From Methanobacteriota archaeon (GTDB taxonomy: Archaea > Thermoplasmatota > Thermoplasmata > SG8-5 > DAIRED01), in NCBI GenBank assembly GCA_043799545.1, contig JAZDNO010000019.1, positions 72,551 through 136,550 on the forward strand: a stretch of DNA of 64,000 nt, in the 5' to 3' direction. A program made the translations under genes and the position numbers. Below the pieces are notes generated by a model. The model did not search any database and had not been told where the DNA came from. It saw only the letters and a list, made by a program, of their open reading frames with translations. This document shows, piece after piece, positions 1-8,665 of this stretch. Numbering within the stretch: the first letter of the stretch is position 1; each line of letters begins with the position of its first letter.

Positions 1-684
1 CGGACGGACGCGGAGATGGGCGTGTTCAACGTGCCTGTGACAGCCAGGGGAATCAACAAGGACATGGGTGTTGAGGTCGAGGCCACGCTCAACGCGAGGG
101 TGACAATCGCCGGGGTAGGCCCAAAGCTTGTGGTAACGTCCTCGACCCCGTCGAAGATAAACCCAGGCAGCAACTTCGTACTCACGCTGACCATAGAGAA
201 CCAGGGGGACGACACCGCGCGAAACGTGGTCATGTTCTCCATCAACGGCGGAACTTGGGACAGCCTCGAGTTGAACGGAGAGCTGGCGGCGCCAGTCCCG
301 ATGATAACTCCGCTCGTCCTCCCGGACATAGCGCCCGGAGACAACATAACAGTGACCATCGCAATGAAGTCGCCGGCAGACATGTCCAACGGACACGTCT
401 ACATGGTGGAACTCGGCGTGAGTTTCATAGACTCGTACGCCGACCCGTACTCGTACAGCAACGCCCAGACGACGTACTTCCAGGTCTCGGTCAAGACCAA
501 CGGCATGGGCGGCTCGTCCCTGGGGAATCTCTTCTTCATACTGACGCTGGTGGGAATCGTCGTCATGATATTCCTCTGCGTCTACACGGTGGTCTGGGCG
601 AGGAAGAACTGGGTGCCGAGGCGCAAGAAGGGAGCATCGCCGTACATTGTCGGCTCGGAGCAACCGCCGCAGCCTCCCCAGTGA
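1..684 (+). CDS. C-terminal part of an S-layer/COG1361 (CARDB-like Ig) surface protein with C-terminal TM helix and Pro/Gln tail; 5'-truncated by the window edge
   Basis: Frame is open from base 1. Contains a CARDB-like motif (LTIENQGDDTARNV...LPDIAPGDNITV), a hydrophobic segment LFFILTLVGIVVMIFLCVYTVVW, basic RKNWVPRRKK and the tail EQPPQPPQ. Confidence 0.7.
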   Translation, partial: RTDAEMGVFNVPVTARGINKDMGVEVEATLNARVTIAGVGPKLVVTSSTPSKINPGSNFVLTLTIENQGDDTARNVVMFSINGGTWDSLELNGELAAPVPMITPLVLPDIAPGDNITVTIAMKSPADMSNGHVYMVELGVSFIDSYADPYSYSNAQTTYFQVSVKTNGMGGSSLGNLFFILTLVGIVVMIFLCVYTVVWARKNWVPRRKKGASPYIVGSEQPPQPPQ

Positions 685-945
685 GCCGGAGAGCAAAACC
701 CTTTTCCTTTCCTTTTCATTTTAGCAGAAATTCCGGCATGCCTTCCGCGAGATGCGACCGCCTCTTCAAGTGGAGCAACGTGACGGGCCTGACGAGGGCG
801 GTGGGGGGCAGCTGTGGCGAAGCTGGCATCTAGTCAATTAAAACCCATATTTTAATACACAACTAGCGATGTGGTCAATTATCGGTCACTTTTTCTCGCT
901 CGCTATATGAACATTGACCACGCATATAGAATACGGTGATACCAA

Positions 946-1242
946 ATGACCATCGAGACAATCAAGAAGACGGACGCAGGACGTGAGCTGAAGATAGTCG
1001 ACGTGTCGGGCGCAAACCGGAGGAAGCAGGCCGTGAAATCCGCGGCGGTGATGTTGGTGGCCGCGCTGGTGTTCGGCCTGGCCTTCGCTGCGGTGGCTGA
1101 GGGGGCTCACATCTCCCACGGATACGACGGCGAGCCGCGGGCCGCGGAGGATGACGGGGGCGCAAGGCCGTGGGTCAAACTCCCCATCCCAGACTCGGAC
1201 AGCGTGCCGGGCGGGGTCAGGCCCACCCGATTGCCTGCGTAA
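946..1242 (+). CDS. Small hypothetical membrane/secreted protein
   Basis: GGTGA RBS about 7 nt upstream of the ATG; one hydrophobic helix (AAVMLVAALVFGLAFAAVA); GC3-rich codons. Confidence 0.6.
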   Translation: MTIETIKKTDAGRELKIVDVSGANRRKQAVKSAAVMLVAALVFGLAFAAVAEGAHISHGYDGEPRAAEDDGGARPWVKLPIPDSDSVPGGVRPTRLPA

Positions 1243-1390
1243 ACTGCCAGTACAAACCCTTTTTTAATATATTTTTCCAGACGCTTTTGACGTGGGCGGA
1301 TGGCGCAGAACCTGTCCGGGCGCGGCCGGTCCGGAAATGCGCCGAGCCAAGAAAATGATGAAAACTGTGAAAGGATTTTTCAAGTGCGCT

Positions 1391-2284
1391 TCAAAGCTTG
1401 GCGACCTTGTCGACCTTTGCCTTCGGGTCTACCTCGACCTTCCCGCCCTTCACCAGTCCGATTCTGCAGTGCGGGCCTATCACGACCTCTCCGCCGGAGA
1501 CCTCTTCCGCGATGACGCCGTCGATGTCCAGGCGCCCCTTCGCGACAAGCTTTTTGACTTTCAGCCGACCGTCGTCCCTGTGAAGCTTGATCTCTATCTC
1601 GTCCGCCTCGACGGACTCGGCGTGGTTCAGGTCCACGAGGCGCAGCGAGACCTTCTTTGCCGTCATCTTTCCGAATACGAACAAGCCGCGCCCCTCGACC
1701 GTCTCCGCCTCGATGTCCTTCATCTCCGAGGCGCCGGAGAACTTCAGTTCCCTGGCCTTGATGGTGCCGCGGATGTCTACCGCGCCTGAGAGCACGCACT
1801 TGCCCACGTTCACGTCTCCTGTGATATCGCTGGCGCCCGAGACGCGCATCGCGTCGCCGCTCACGCTCCCCTCGATGTCGCACGCTCCGCTTATCTGGAT
1901 GTCCGGGGATTCGACGTTCCCCTCGATGTCGCAAGAGCCAGACGCGTGGAACGACTTGCTAGCTTTCACGGAGCCGGCCACGTCGCACGCCCCGGAAATC
2001 TCCACCTCCTCCGCGTCCACGTCGCCGCCAACGTCGCTCGCTCCGGATACCTCCACCTTGACCGCGAACATGTCGCCGGGGTGGTCGCTGCAGCCGGAGA
2101 CGCGGATGACGGGAGCGCGCTCGCCGCCTCCCTTGGCGCCCGAAGGCGATTTTCCCTTCCTGGAATCGTCGCCAGCCTGCGCCTCGCTTTCGTACCTCAG
2201 CTTGATTTCCTTGTACGTCTCCTCGGACACCTCGCCGTTCGCGAACTTTTCGTCCAGCTTCCTCATCATATCCTTGAGTTCCAT
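1391..2284 (-). CDS. Bactofilin-like (polymer-forming cytoskeletal, YhbE/YhbF-type) beta-helix protein with an N-terminal SHOCT-like hairpin
   Basis: About 8 tandem ~17-aa repeats of [VIL]SG[AS]xD[IV]xG; N-terminus LDEKFANGEVSEETYKEIK; GAGGTGA RBS and TATAAATA upstream on the minus strand. Confidence 0.75.
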   Translation of the reverse strand: MELKDMMRKLDEKFANGEVSEETYKEIKLRYESEAQAGDDSRKGKSPSGAKGGGERAPVIRVSGCSDHPGDMFAVKVEVSGASDVGGDVDAEEVEISGACDVAGSVKASKSFHASGSCDIEGNVESPDIQISGACDIEGSVSGDAMRVSGASDITGDVNVGKCVLSGAVDIRGTIKARELKFSGASEMKDIEAETVEGRGLFVFGKMTAKKVSLRLVDLNHAESVEADEIEIKLHRDDGRLKVKKLVAKGRLDIDGVIAEEVSGGEVVIGPHCRIGLVKGGKVEVDPKAKVDKVAKL

Positions 2285-2368
2285 TTTTTATCACCTCTGA
2301 GGATGCAATGGCTCTCGGGATATTTATACAATCTTCAAAATAATAATTGACAAACGCAACCCAGGGGT

Positions 2369-2380
2369 TTGCAATTGCAA
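2369..2380. promoter_or_regulatory. Perfect 12-bp palindrome TTGCAATTGCAA in a divergent promoter region (candidate operator)
   Basis: Seen directly between the bactofilin-like gene and the ArsR-type gene, next to an imperfect inverted repeat GCAACCC..GGGTTTGC. Confidence 0.45.
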
Positions 2381-2417
2381 CGAAAAAGTTGAAATACTTG
2401 AAAATATATACAAAACC

Positions 2418-2843
2418 GTGCAAAAAAAGGCCTTCGCGATACTGTCGGTCATGGCGTCCAAGTCCAGGAACGACGTCCTGGAATGCCTCAATGCCGGATA
2501 CACGCACCCGAGCGAGATTGCCAAGAAGCTGAAGCTCACCCGCCAGGCCGTTGACAAGGCGCTGAGGGCCCTGTACGACCTTGGCATCCTCGACCGCTCG
2601 GCGGTCTTCCCGCCGGAGGGCCGGCCGAAAATCCTCTACACCATCAACCGCGCCGGCAGGAACCTGATACGGGCTCTGGAGGATGCGAGCCAGAACTACA
2701 TCGACGACTTGGACGGGCGCCTCAGGGAAGAGCTGGCCGCCCTCGACGCCGCGCTGGCGGAGGGGCGGATGGGCGAGGAGGTCTACCTCAGGAAGCGCGG
2801 GGAGATAGAGGGAAGGCGCGGGGAGAATCCTCCCGGACTTTGA
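2418..2843 (+). CDS. ArsR/winged-HTH transcriptional regulator with C-terminal SHOCT-like hairpin
   Basis: HTH PSEIAKKLKLTRQAVDKALRALYDLGIL, wing GRPKILYTI, C-terminal LDAALAEGRMGEEVYLRKR; GTG start. Confidence 0.8.
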   Translation: MQKKAFAILSVMASKSRNDVLECLNAGYTHPSEIAKKLKLTRQAVDKALRALYDLGILDRSAVFPPEGRPKILYTINRAGRNLIRALEDASQNYIDDLDGRLREELAALDAALAEGRMGEEVYLRKRGEIEGRRGENPPGL

Positions 2844-2898
2844 CATCGGCCATGGAAAGCCTTTTACCAGAATCCCGCATCCTCCGAACCGTGCTCAG

Positions 2899-4248
2899 AT
2901 GACGGACGAGGATTCCGAGCGGCTGGAGAAGGCCAGCCTCCCAGGCAGATTGGCGATGCGCTGGCACCCGTTTTACAAGGGGAAGGTCGAGATGATCGGC
3001 AAGTGCCGCGTGAAGGATTTCTCGGATTTCGGCGTGTGGTACACGCCAGGCGTGGCAGAACCTTGCAGGGCCATTGCGGCGGAGCCGATTCTGGCATACG
3101 AGCACACGAACAGATGGAACTACATCGCAGTCGCGTCGAACGGAACCAGGGTCCTAGGCCTCGGAGACATCGGACCGCTGGCCGGATACCCGGTGATGGA
3201 GGGCAAGTGCCTCCTGTTCAAGTACTTGGGCGGCGTGGACGCGACCTCGCTGATGATAGACACCAAGGACCCTGAGAAGTTCATAGAGACTGTTAAACTG
3301 GTCTCGCCGACGTTTGGCGGAATCAACCTGGAGGACATAAGGACGCCTGACTGCTACCGCATCCTCGACAGGCTGAGGGCGGAGCTGGACATCCCGGTTT
3401 GGCACGACGACCAGCAGGGCACGGCGGCCATCACGCTGGCAGGGGTGATAAACGGCCTGAAGGTCGCGGGGAAGAAGCTGCCGGAGGCGCGAATCGCCCT
3501 CGTCGGAGCTGGCGCCGCCAACATCTGCCTCGCCAACACCCTGGTGAAGGCGGGAGCGGACCCCGGAAAAATCGTGGTCGTGGACAGCAAGGGCACACTC
3601 CACACGGGCAGGGAGGACGCGGAGCGGGATGGCGCGGCGAACCCCCGCAAGTGGGAGCTGGCGGTCAAGACGAACAGGGAGGGCGTCGTCGGGGGCATAC
3701 CCGAGGCGCTCGCCGGCGCGGACGTGCTGGTCAGCGCGTCGAAGCCCGGTCCCGGCACAATCAGGAAGGAATGGCTCCGGGGCATGGCTGCGAATCCTGT
3801 AGTCTTCGCGGAGGCCAATCCAGTGCCAGAGATATGGCCGTGGGAGGCGAAAGAAGCTGGAGTGCGAATATTCGGCACGGGGCGGTCCGACTTCCCCAAC
3901 CAGGTGAACAACAGCATCGGCTTTCCAGGCATCTTCCGCGGGACTCTCGACGTGCGCGCCAGCACGATAACGGACGAGATGCACATCGCGGCGGCGCACT
4001 CCATCGCGAAGACGGCGGAGGAGCACGGTATAAGCGAGGAATACCTCGTCCCGACGATGGAAGACATGAACGTGTTCGTCAACGAGGCGGTCGCGGTGGC
4101 GGAGACGGCGATGGCGCAGGGCGTCGCGAGGCTGAAGCGCACGAGGCAGGATTTGCGCGAGACGGCGGAGGCGCTGATAAAATCATCGAGGGCAAAGACT
4201 CAGCTCATGATGGCGCAGGGATTTATTCAAGAGCCGCCGGAGTGCTGA
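2899..4248 (+). CDS. mae: NAD(P)-dependent malic enzyme (short form, no PTA domain)
   Basis: YTPGVAEPC, NGTRVLGLGDIG, MEGK, INLEDI, HDDQQGTA, GAGAA, TGRSDFPNQVNN motifs. Confidence 0.95.
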   Translation: MTDEDSERLEKASLPGRLAMRWHPFYKGKVEMIGKCRVKDFSDFGVWYTPGVAEPCRAIAAEPILAYEHTNRWNYIAVASNGTRVLGLGDIGPLAGYPVMEGKCLLFKYLGGVDATSLMIDTKDPEKFIETVKLVSPTFGGINLEDIRTPDCYRILDRLRAELDIPVWHDDQQGTAAITLAGVINGLKVAGKKLPEARIALVGAGAANICLANTLVKAGADPGKIVVVDSKGTLHTGREDAERDGAANPRKWELAVKTNREGVVGGIPEALAGADVLVSASKPGPGTIRKEWLRGMAANPVVFAEANPVPEIWPWEAKEAGVRIFGTGRSDFPNQVNNSIGFPGIFRGTLDVRASTITDEMHIAAAHSIAKTAEEHGISEEYLVPTMEDMNVFVNEAVAVAETAMAQGVARLKRTRQDLRETAEALIKSSRAKTQLMMAQGFIQEPPEC

Positions 4249-4352
4249 ATCGATAGATAGCGGTTGGATGCTGGACCACCTCAAAAGTAGTGTACAGTGG
4301 TAGCCTCAATAATGTGCGATGTTTAAATTGATAATATGGATTAACAATATGT

Positions 4353-4383
4353 GTTTCGGGACTGGTTTTTTCAGTCCCGAAAC
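4353..4383. terminator. 12-bp-stem hairpin between convergent genes
   Basis: GTTTCGGGACTG (4353-4364), 7-nt loop, CAGTCCCGAAAC (4372-4383); lies just past the stop of the 59-aa minus-strand ORF. Confidence 0.6.
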
Positions 4384-4394
4384 CTTGGTTTTCA

Positions 4395-4574
4395 TTACTT
4401 TACGGACGGTTTCTTCTCGTCGCTTCCGCTCTTTATTCTAATAGTTCCCATCAGCACCAGCACTACGAGCGTTATTATCACGGCGGCCAACAGGCCGAAA
4501 AAATACCAGCCCACTAGGAATGCAATCACCGACAGTAACGAGATTTTCGACCAATCCATGGATATTGATACCAT
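4395..4574 (-). CDS. 59-aa membrane protein (below the ORF-track cut-off)
   Basis: MVSISMDWSKISLLSVIAFLVGWYFFGLLAAVIITLVVLVLMGTIRIKSGSDEKKPSVK*; GGAGGTGA RBS upstream; follows 4612-4947 on the same strand. Confidence 0.7.
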   Translation of the reverse strand: MVSISMDWSKISLLSVIAFLVGWYFFGLLAAVIITLVVLVLMGTIRIKSGSDEKKPSVK

Positions 4575-4611
4575 TGTACATCACCTCCCTTTTATTGTTA
4601 TTTTATTATCC

Positions 4612-4947
4612 TCAGAGAGGCCCGCCTACGGTGGGCAGGAATATCCCGACGAATATCGCGACAATCCAGACGACCGCCGCTGTTGCGATGGCCTTCAGCC
4701 AGCCCATGTTGTACATGCTTCCGAGCGCGAGCGTCCATACAAGGCCGCCTAGCACCGCGGCAAGAAGCCCGTTGCCTAAGAAGAAATACGCCAGGGCATA
4801 GACAACGGCTCCTACCAGAGCCGCAATCAGGGCGGTCCCGAAGCCTTCGCTTTCACCGAACATGGCCGTTATCGCATAGATGATTATGGCCGATATGACC
4901 AGCGCGATAAGGAAATACAATAGCGTCGATATTATTGTTTCAGACAT
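4612..4947 (-). CDS. Small multi-pass membrane protein
   Basis: 111 aa, about four hydrophobic helices, AAGGA upstream. Confidence 0.75.
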   Translation of the reverse strand: MSETIISTLLYFLIALVISAIIIYAITAMFGESEGFGTALIAALVGAVVYALAYFFLGNGLLAAVLGGLVWTLALGSMYNMGWLKAIATAAVVWIVAIFVGIFLPTVGGPL

Positions 4948-5164
4948 TTTTTATCCTTCCTTGATACTCAATCTATTGCTAGCTATATATAACTTGTTAT
5001 CAAAAATTTAAATTCATCAGCTTGATAAATATTATTTTAATAAATAAATATTTGAAAAATACGATAATGTTGAAATCAATACAGAGCTATGATGCGAGGA
5101 GCGAAACCCCCCGGGCAATCGAAACCTGGATTAATTCTATGGTAAGTTGCAACCCGATGTAAGT

Positions 5165-5521
5165 TCACGCCCGTTTGAAGTGCCTCATCCTCTTCGGTAT
5201 CTCCAGGGAAATCTCCACGAGGCCCAAGCGCTTGCCGTCCTCGTACCACGGCGCCTGGTAGATTAGCTTCTTCACTCCGTCCTTTTCAATCGTGTACGCG
5301 TTCGTGCGACCGGATGCCATCATCGAGTCTATCTTCACGCGCGCCGCTGGAGGGTGGCATTGCCTCAAATCCTTACCGACTAGCTTCTTTCCCCCGTCCC
5401 TGACGAACGTCTTCTCCGAGCGCTTGTTCATCTCCAGGATTGTGCCGTCCTTAGCGCAGACGGTTATCGCTCCGGGGAATTCGTCTACCCACTGGTGCTG
5501 CTTGTAGGCTTTGGGATTCAT
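5165..5521 (-). CDS. Stand-alone PAS-domain protein
   Basis: PAS-like ITVCAKDGTILEMN...LVGKDLRQCHPP; start revised to MNPKAY. Confidence 0.75.
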   Translation of the reverse strand: MNPKAYKQHQWVDEFPGAITVCAKDGTILEMNKRSEKTFVRDGGKKLVGKDLRQCHPPAARVKIDSMMASGRTNAYTIEKDGVKKLIYQAPWYEDGKRLGLVEISLEIPKRMRHFKRA

Positions 5522-5613
5522 TGGAACACCTGATAGAAAGGGGAAGGAGCGAAGAAGGCAAAAAGGAATCGGATGGTCGGCATTGCCCAATGCTAGAGCA
5601 TCGTTTATGATGG

Positions 5614-5670
5614 CCCATCCAGATACGGACTAGCACTGCATGGCTGGTGAGCTAGTCCTCTCTGGATGGG
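5614..5670 (-). ncRNA. Two-part hairpin downstream of tRNA-Pro whose outer stem matches the tRNA 3' end
   Basis: CCCATCCAGA (5614-5623) pairs with TCTGGATGGG (5661-5670); GGACTAGC (5627-5634) pairs with GCTAGTCC (5651-5658). Function unknown. Confidence 0.35.
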
Positions 5671-5706
5671 AACCCATTCTCATAACTAATTCTAAAATGA
5701 TTCGGA

Positions 5707-5780
5707 TGGGCCCATCCAGATTCGAACTGGAGTCTCGAGCTCCCAAAGCTCGAAGTATGACCAAGCTAGCCCATGGGCCC
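5707..5780 (-). tRNA. tRNA-Pro (anticodon UGG), intronless
   Basis: GGGCCCA/TGGGCCC acceptor stem, CGAGC-TT TGG GA-GCTCG anticodon arm, TCCAG-TTCGAAT-CTGGA T arm, discriminator A; CCA not encoded. Confidence 0.95.
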
Positions 5781-5935
5781 TCGCCACGAGGATGGAGCGC
5801 TGGGATATATCTCTTTTCCGGTTCGGGGGAGCTATCAGCGGCGATATCCGGCCCTCATCCTTATATGAACGCGCAACCGGATGCAATCCAGCGTCAGGAA
5901 CAAACTTTATGAGTTCAAATTGGTTGTGCATCCCG

Positions 5936-7351
5936 ATGAAAAGGTTGAGCGTCGTCGCCGTGACCGCGGTCCTGCTGGCGGTTTCCATAGCCGGCACGGG
6001 TTGGGCGCTGAGCACCGAGCCCGAGAGGAACCCCGGCGATTCGGTCGCATTCGCCGTTCCTGTTTCAGAGCCCCTGGCGCCTGCCGCGGCTCCGCTGGCC
6101 GCGGGTTACACCCCGGCAAGCTTTCAGTTCGGCGTCGACGTCGAGACACATGGCATCTACGTCGGCTACGGCGGGGCGCTTCGGGTCAGGCTCAACAACA
6201 GCCGGAGCGACAGCGAGATGCATGTCGTCAAGGAGCGAATCGTTTGGCTCGGGGGGATTGTCGAGAAGGATGTGAGCGTCGAGGTCGGGGCGAGGGCGGT
6301 GAGCGACCTCGGGCTGGTGTGGCTTCCCGGGCCGAACTTCGAGGGGGACCAGTCATACAAGGTCTCCCTGGAAATCCTCGTGAAGCAGGGCTCGTCGTGG
6401 AAGCGCCTGGGCGACGCGGGCGATCAGTGGACGGACTTCCAGCCGGGGTCTCTGCCGGTCATCGTGGATGGAACCGCCTCCGAATACGAGCGGGGCACCA
6501 ATTGCTACGCATATTACGACAGGGCGAACGCCCTCATAGAGGACAGGGCGCAGACGGTGGCGGCGGCGCTCGCGGAGGCAACGTCCGGCATGCCTGGCGA
6601 CCTCACGTACGAGAGGCTGTGCGGGGTCTATGACTGGGTCTCCCATAACATCGCCTACGTCTCGGAACCGGAGGGCGAGGACGACTGGCAGACGCCCGAA
6701 GAGACGCTGGCGTCGGGCGGCGGGGACTGCGAGGATTTCACGCTCCTGATATCCGACATGGTTCTGGAGATGGGCGGGACCCCGAGGATGTACCTCATCG
6801 ACGAGCACGCATTCGCAGCAATCTGGGTGGGCGAGAGCACGGCCGCCGCTGAAGATGCCATCAACGGTTACTACGGCGCGGAGTTGAAGCTCGCTTTCAT
6901 AGAGGACGGCGGAGGGTTCTGGGTCGTGGCCGACCCTCTCGGCTCCCTGCACCTTGGCGGGCTAGCCGTCCGGTCCGAGCCCACGTCCTCAACTGTCTGG
7001 GACTTCACTGACACGGCTGTCCTCTACGGAATAGACATGACGAGGGCGCCGGGCAGCGTCCGGATTTGGGAGCAGGACAGGCTCTGGGGCATATTCCAGA
7101 TTGTATGCGACGTGCTCTTCCTGGCGGCTATCCTGATGGCAGTGGGCGTGGCTCCGAGGCCCGTGTGCGCCAGATGCGGAAGGAAGTTCTCCGGGGAGAT
7201 TATGGAGTGCAAGGCATGCGGAGCCCTGCATCATCCACACTGTGCGAGCCAGGGATTTTGCGCGAACTGCGGCGCATCATTTAGCGCGCCCCAACCATTG
7301 CAGCCAAGCTCGCCCCCTCCGCCAACGCTGCCCCCTCGGGCACCACTATAG
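5936..7351 (+). CDS. Exported transglutaminase-like protein with C-terminal TM helix and cytoplasmic RING-like Zn finger
   Basis: Signal peptide MKRLSVVAVTAVLLAVSIA; WQTPEETLASGGGDCEDF...HAF...D triad pattern; TM helix; C-x2-C-x10-C-x2-C-x4-H-x2-C-x5-C-x2-C; Pro-rich tail. Confidence 0.8.
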   Translation: MKRLSVVAVTAVLLAVSIAGTGWALSTEPERNPGDSVAFAVPVSEPLAPAAAPLAAGYTPASFQFGVDVETHGIYVGYGGALRVRLNNSRSDSEMHVVKERIVWLGGIVEKDVSVEVGARAVSDLGLVWLPGPNFEGDQSYKVSLEILVKQGSSWKRLGDAGDQWTDFQPGSLPVIVDGTASEYERGTNCYAYYDRANALIEDRAQTVAAALAEATSGMPGDLTYERLCGVYDWVSHNIAYVSEPEGEDDWQTPEETLASGGGDCEDFTLLISDMVLEMGGTPRMYLIDEHAFAAIWVGESTAAAEDAINGYYGAELKLAFIEDGGGFWVVADPLGSLHLGGLAVRSEPTSSTVWDFTDTAVLYGIDMTRAPGSVRIWEQDRLWGIFQIVCDVLFLAAILMAVGVAPRPVCARCGRKFSGEIMECKACGALHHPHCASQGFCANCGASFSAPQPLQPSSPPPPTLPPRAPL

Positions 7352-7375
7352 TGTCAATGAGCCGCCTGAGGATTT

Positions 7376-8665
7376 TCAATGCCCGGCCAGCATGGCCTCG
7401 AGGTCCTTCCCCGGCTCTCCGATGAGCATGAGGTTGTAGTTATCCTGCAGGACTTTGAGGACTTTTGGTGTGACGAACGCCGGCGGCGAAGGACCCAGCC
7501 TGATGTTCTTGACGCCCAGGTGAAGCAGGGTGAGCAGTATCGCCACCGCCTTCTGTTCGTACCACGAGAGCACGATAGAAAGCGGGAGTTCGTTCACGCT
7601 GCACTTGAACGCTTCCGCGAGCGCCTGCGCGATGAGTATCCCGCTGTAGCTGTTGTTGCACTGGCCAAGGTCGAGGAGGCGCGGGATGCCGTCTATGTCC
7701 CCGAAATCCCTGTCGTTGAAGCGGTACTTTCCGCACGCGACTGTGAGGATTAAGCAGTCCCTCGGAACGATCTCGGCCAGGCGCGTGTAATAGTCGCGCC
7801 CCGGCTTTGCGCCGTCGCATCCGCCGATGAGGAAGAACCTCCGTATCTTCCCGGCTTTGACTGCATCGACAATCTTCGGCGCGAGGGCGAGGACGGGCGA
7901 GTGGTGGAAGCCGGTCATGAGCGGCTTGCCAGATTTCTCGGGTAGAGCGCCGATTTTCTTCGCGTGCTCAATAACCGCGCTGTAGTCGGCCCTTTCGACG
8001 TGCTTGCAGCCGGCGACCGCTACGATGCTGGTAGTGTATAGCTTATCCCTGTACGAGTCCAGCGGGGGCATCACGCAGTTCGTCGTCATGAGTATCGGCC
8101 CTCCGAATTCAGGGAAATCGGTCCGCTGCTTCTGCCAGGCAGTGCCCCAGTTGCCGGCGAGATGCTTGTATTTCCTCAGCTCGGGGTAGGCGTGCGCAGG
8201 CAGCAGCTCGCCGTGGGTGTAGACCATGATTCCGGTCCCCTCGGTCTGCTTCAGCAGGGCTTCAAGGTCAAGGAAGTCGTGGCCGGAGACCAAAATCCCG
8301 GGAGCGGCCTTCCTCCCGGTCTGGACCCGGGATGGGCTGGGAGTCCCGAACCTATTCAGGGTCGCCTCGTCCAGCAGCTTCATGATGCGCAGGTTCGTCT
8401 CCCCGGCCTTGAGGACCAATTTCACATGGTCGTTCAGGTCGAAATCCACGTTGGTCAGGGTCTTGAACAGGGCCTCGTGCATGAACGCGTCCACGGCCTC
8501 GTCGTGCACGCCATATTCTCTGGCGTGGTAGGCATACGCTGCGATGCCCTTCAGACCGTATGTCAGAGTCAATTGCAGGCTCTGTATGTCCTCGTCCTTT
8601 CCGCACACACCCTTGACCGTGCATGCCTCTCCCTTCGCCGTCTGCTCGCACTGGTTACAGAACAT
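7376..8665 (-). CDS. hcp: Hybrid cluster protein (hydroxylamine/NO reductase), short class III type
   Basis: N-terminal C-x2-C-x8-C-x5-C (MFCNQCEQTAKGEACTVKGVCGK), SGHD, YTHGELLPAH, TTNC, GGCDG, ACGKY, GQCNN, WYEQKA; 429 aa. Confidence 0.95.
   Translation of the reverse strand: MFCNQCEQTAKGEACTVKGVCGKDEDIQSLQLTLTYGLKGIAAYAYHAREYGVHDEAVDAFMHEALFKTLTNVDFDLNDHVKLVLKAGETNLRIMKLLDEATLNRFGTPSPSRVQTGRKAAPGILVSGHDFLDLEALLKQTEGTGIMVYTHGELLPAHAYPELRKYKHLAGNWGTAWQKQRTDFPEFGGPILMTTNCVMPPLDSYRDKLYTTSIVAVAGCKHVERADYSAVIEHAKKIGALPEKSGKPLMTGFHHSPVLALAPKIVDAVKAGKIRRFFLIGGCDGAKPGRDYYTRLAEIVPRDCLILTVACGKYRFNDRDFGDIDGIPRLLDLGQCNNSYSGILIAQALAEAFKCSVNELPLSIVLSWYEQKAVAILLTLLHLGVKNIRLGPSPPAFVTPKVLKVLQDNYNLMLIGEPGKDLEAMLAGH

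Noticed and set aside
5085-5135. ATGATG...GAAA resembling a C/D-box RNA or hammerhead ribozyme
   Set aside because: No D box (CTGA) and no CTGATGA core with flanking stems.
5590-5700. Possible second tRNA or pseudo-tRNA next to tRNA-Pro
   Set aside because: No cloverleaf or anticodon arm; kept only as a hairpin finding.
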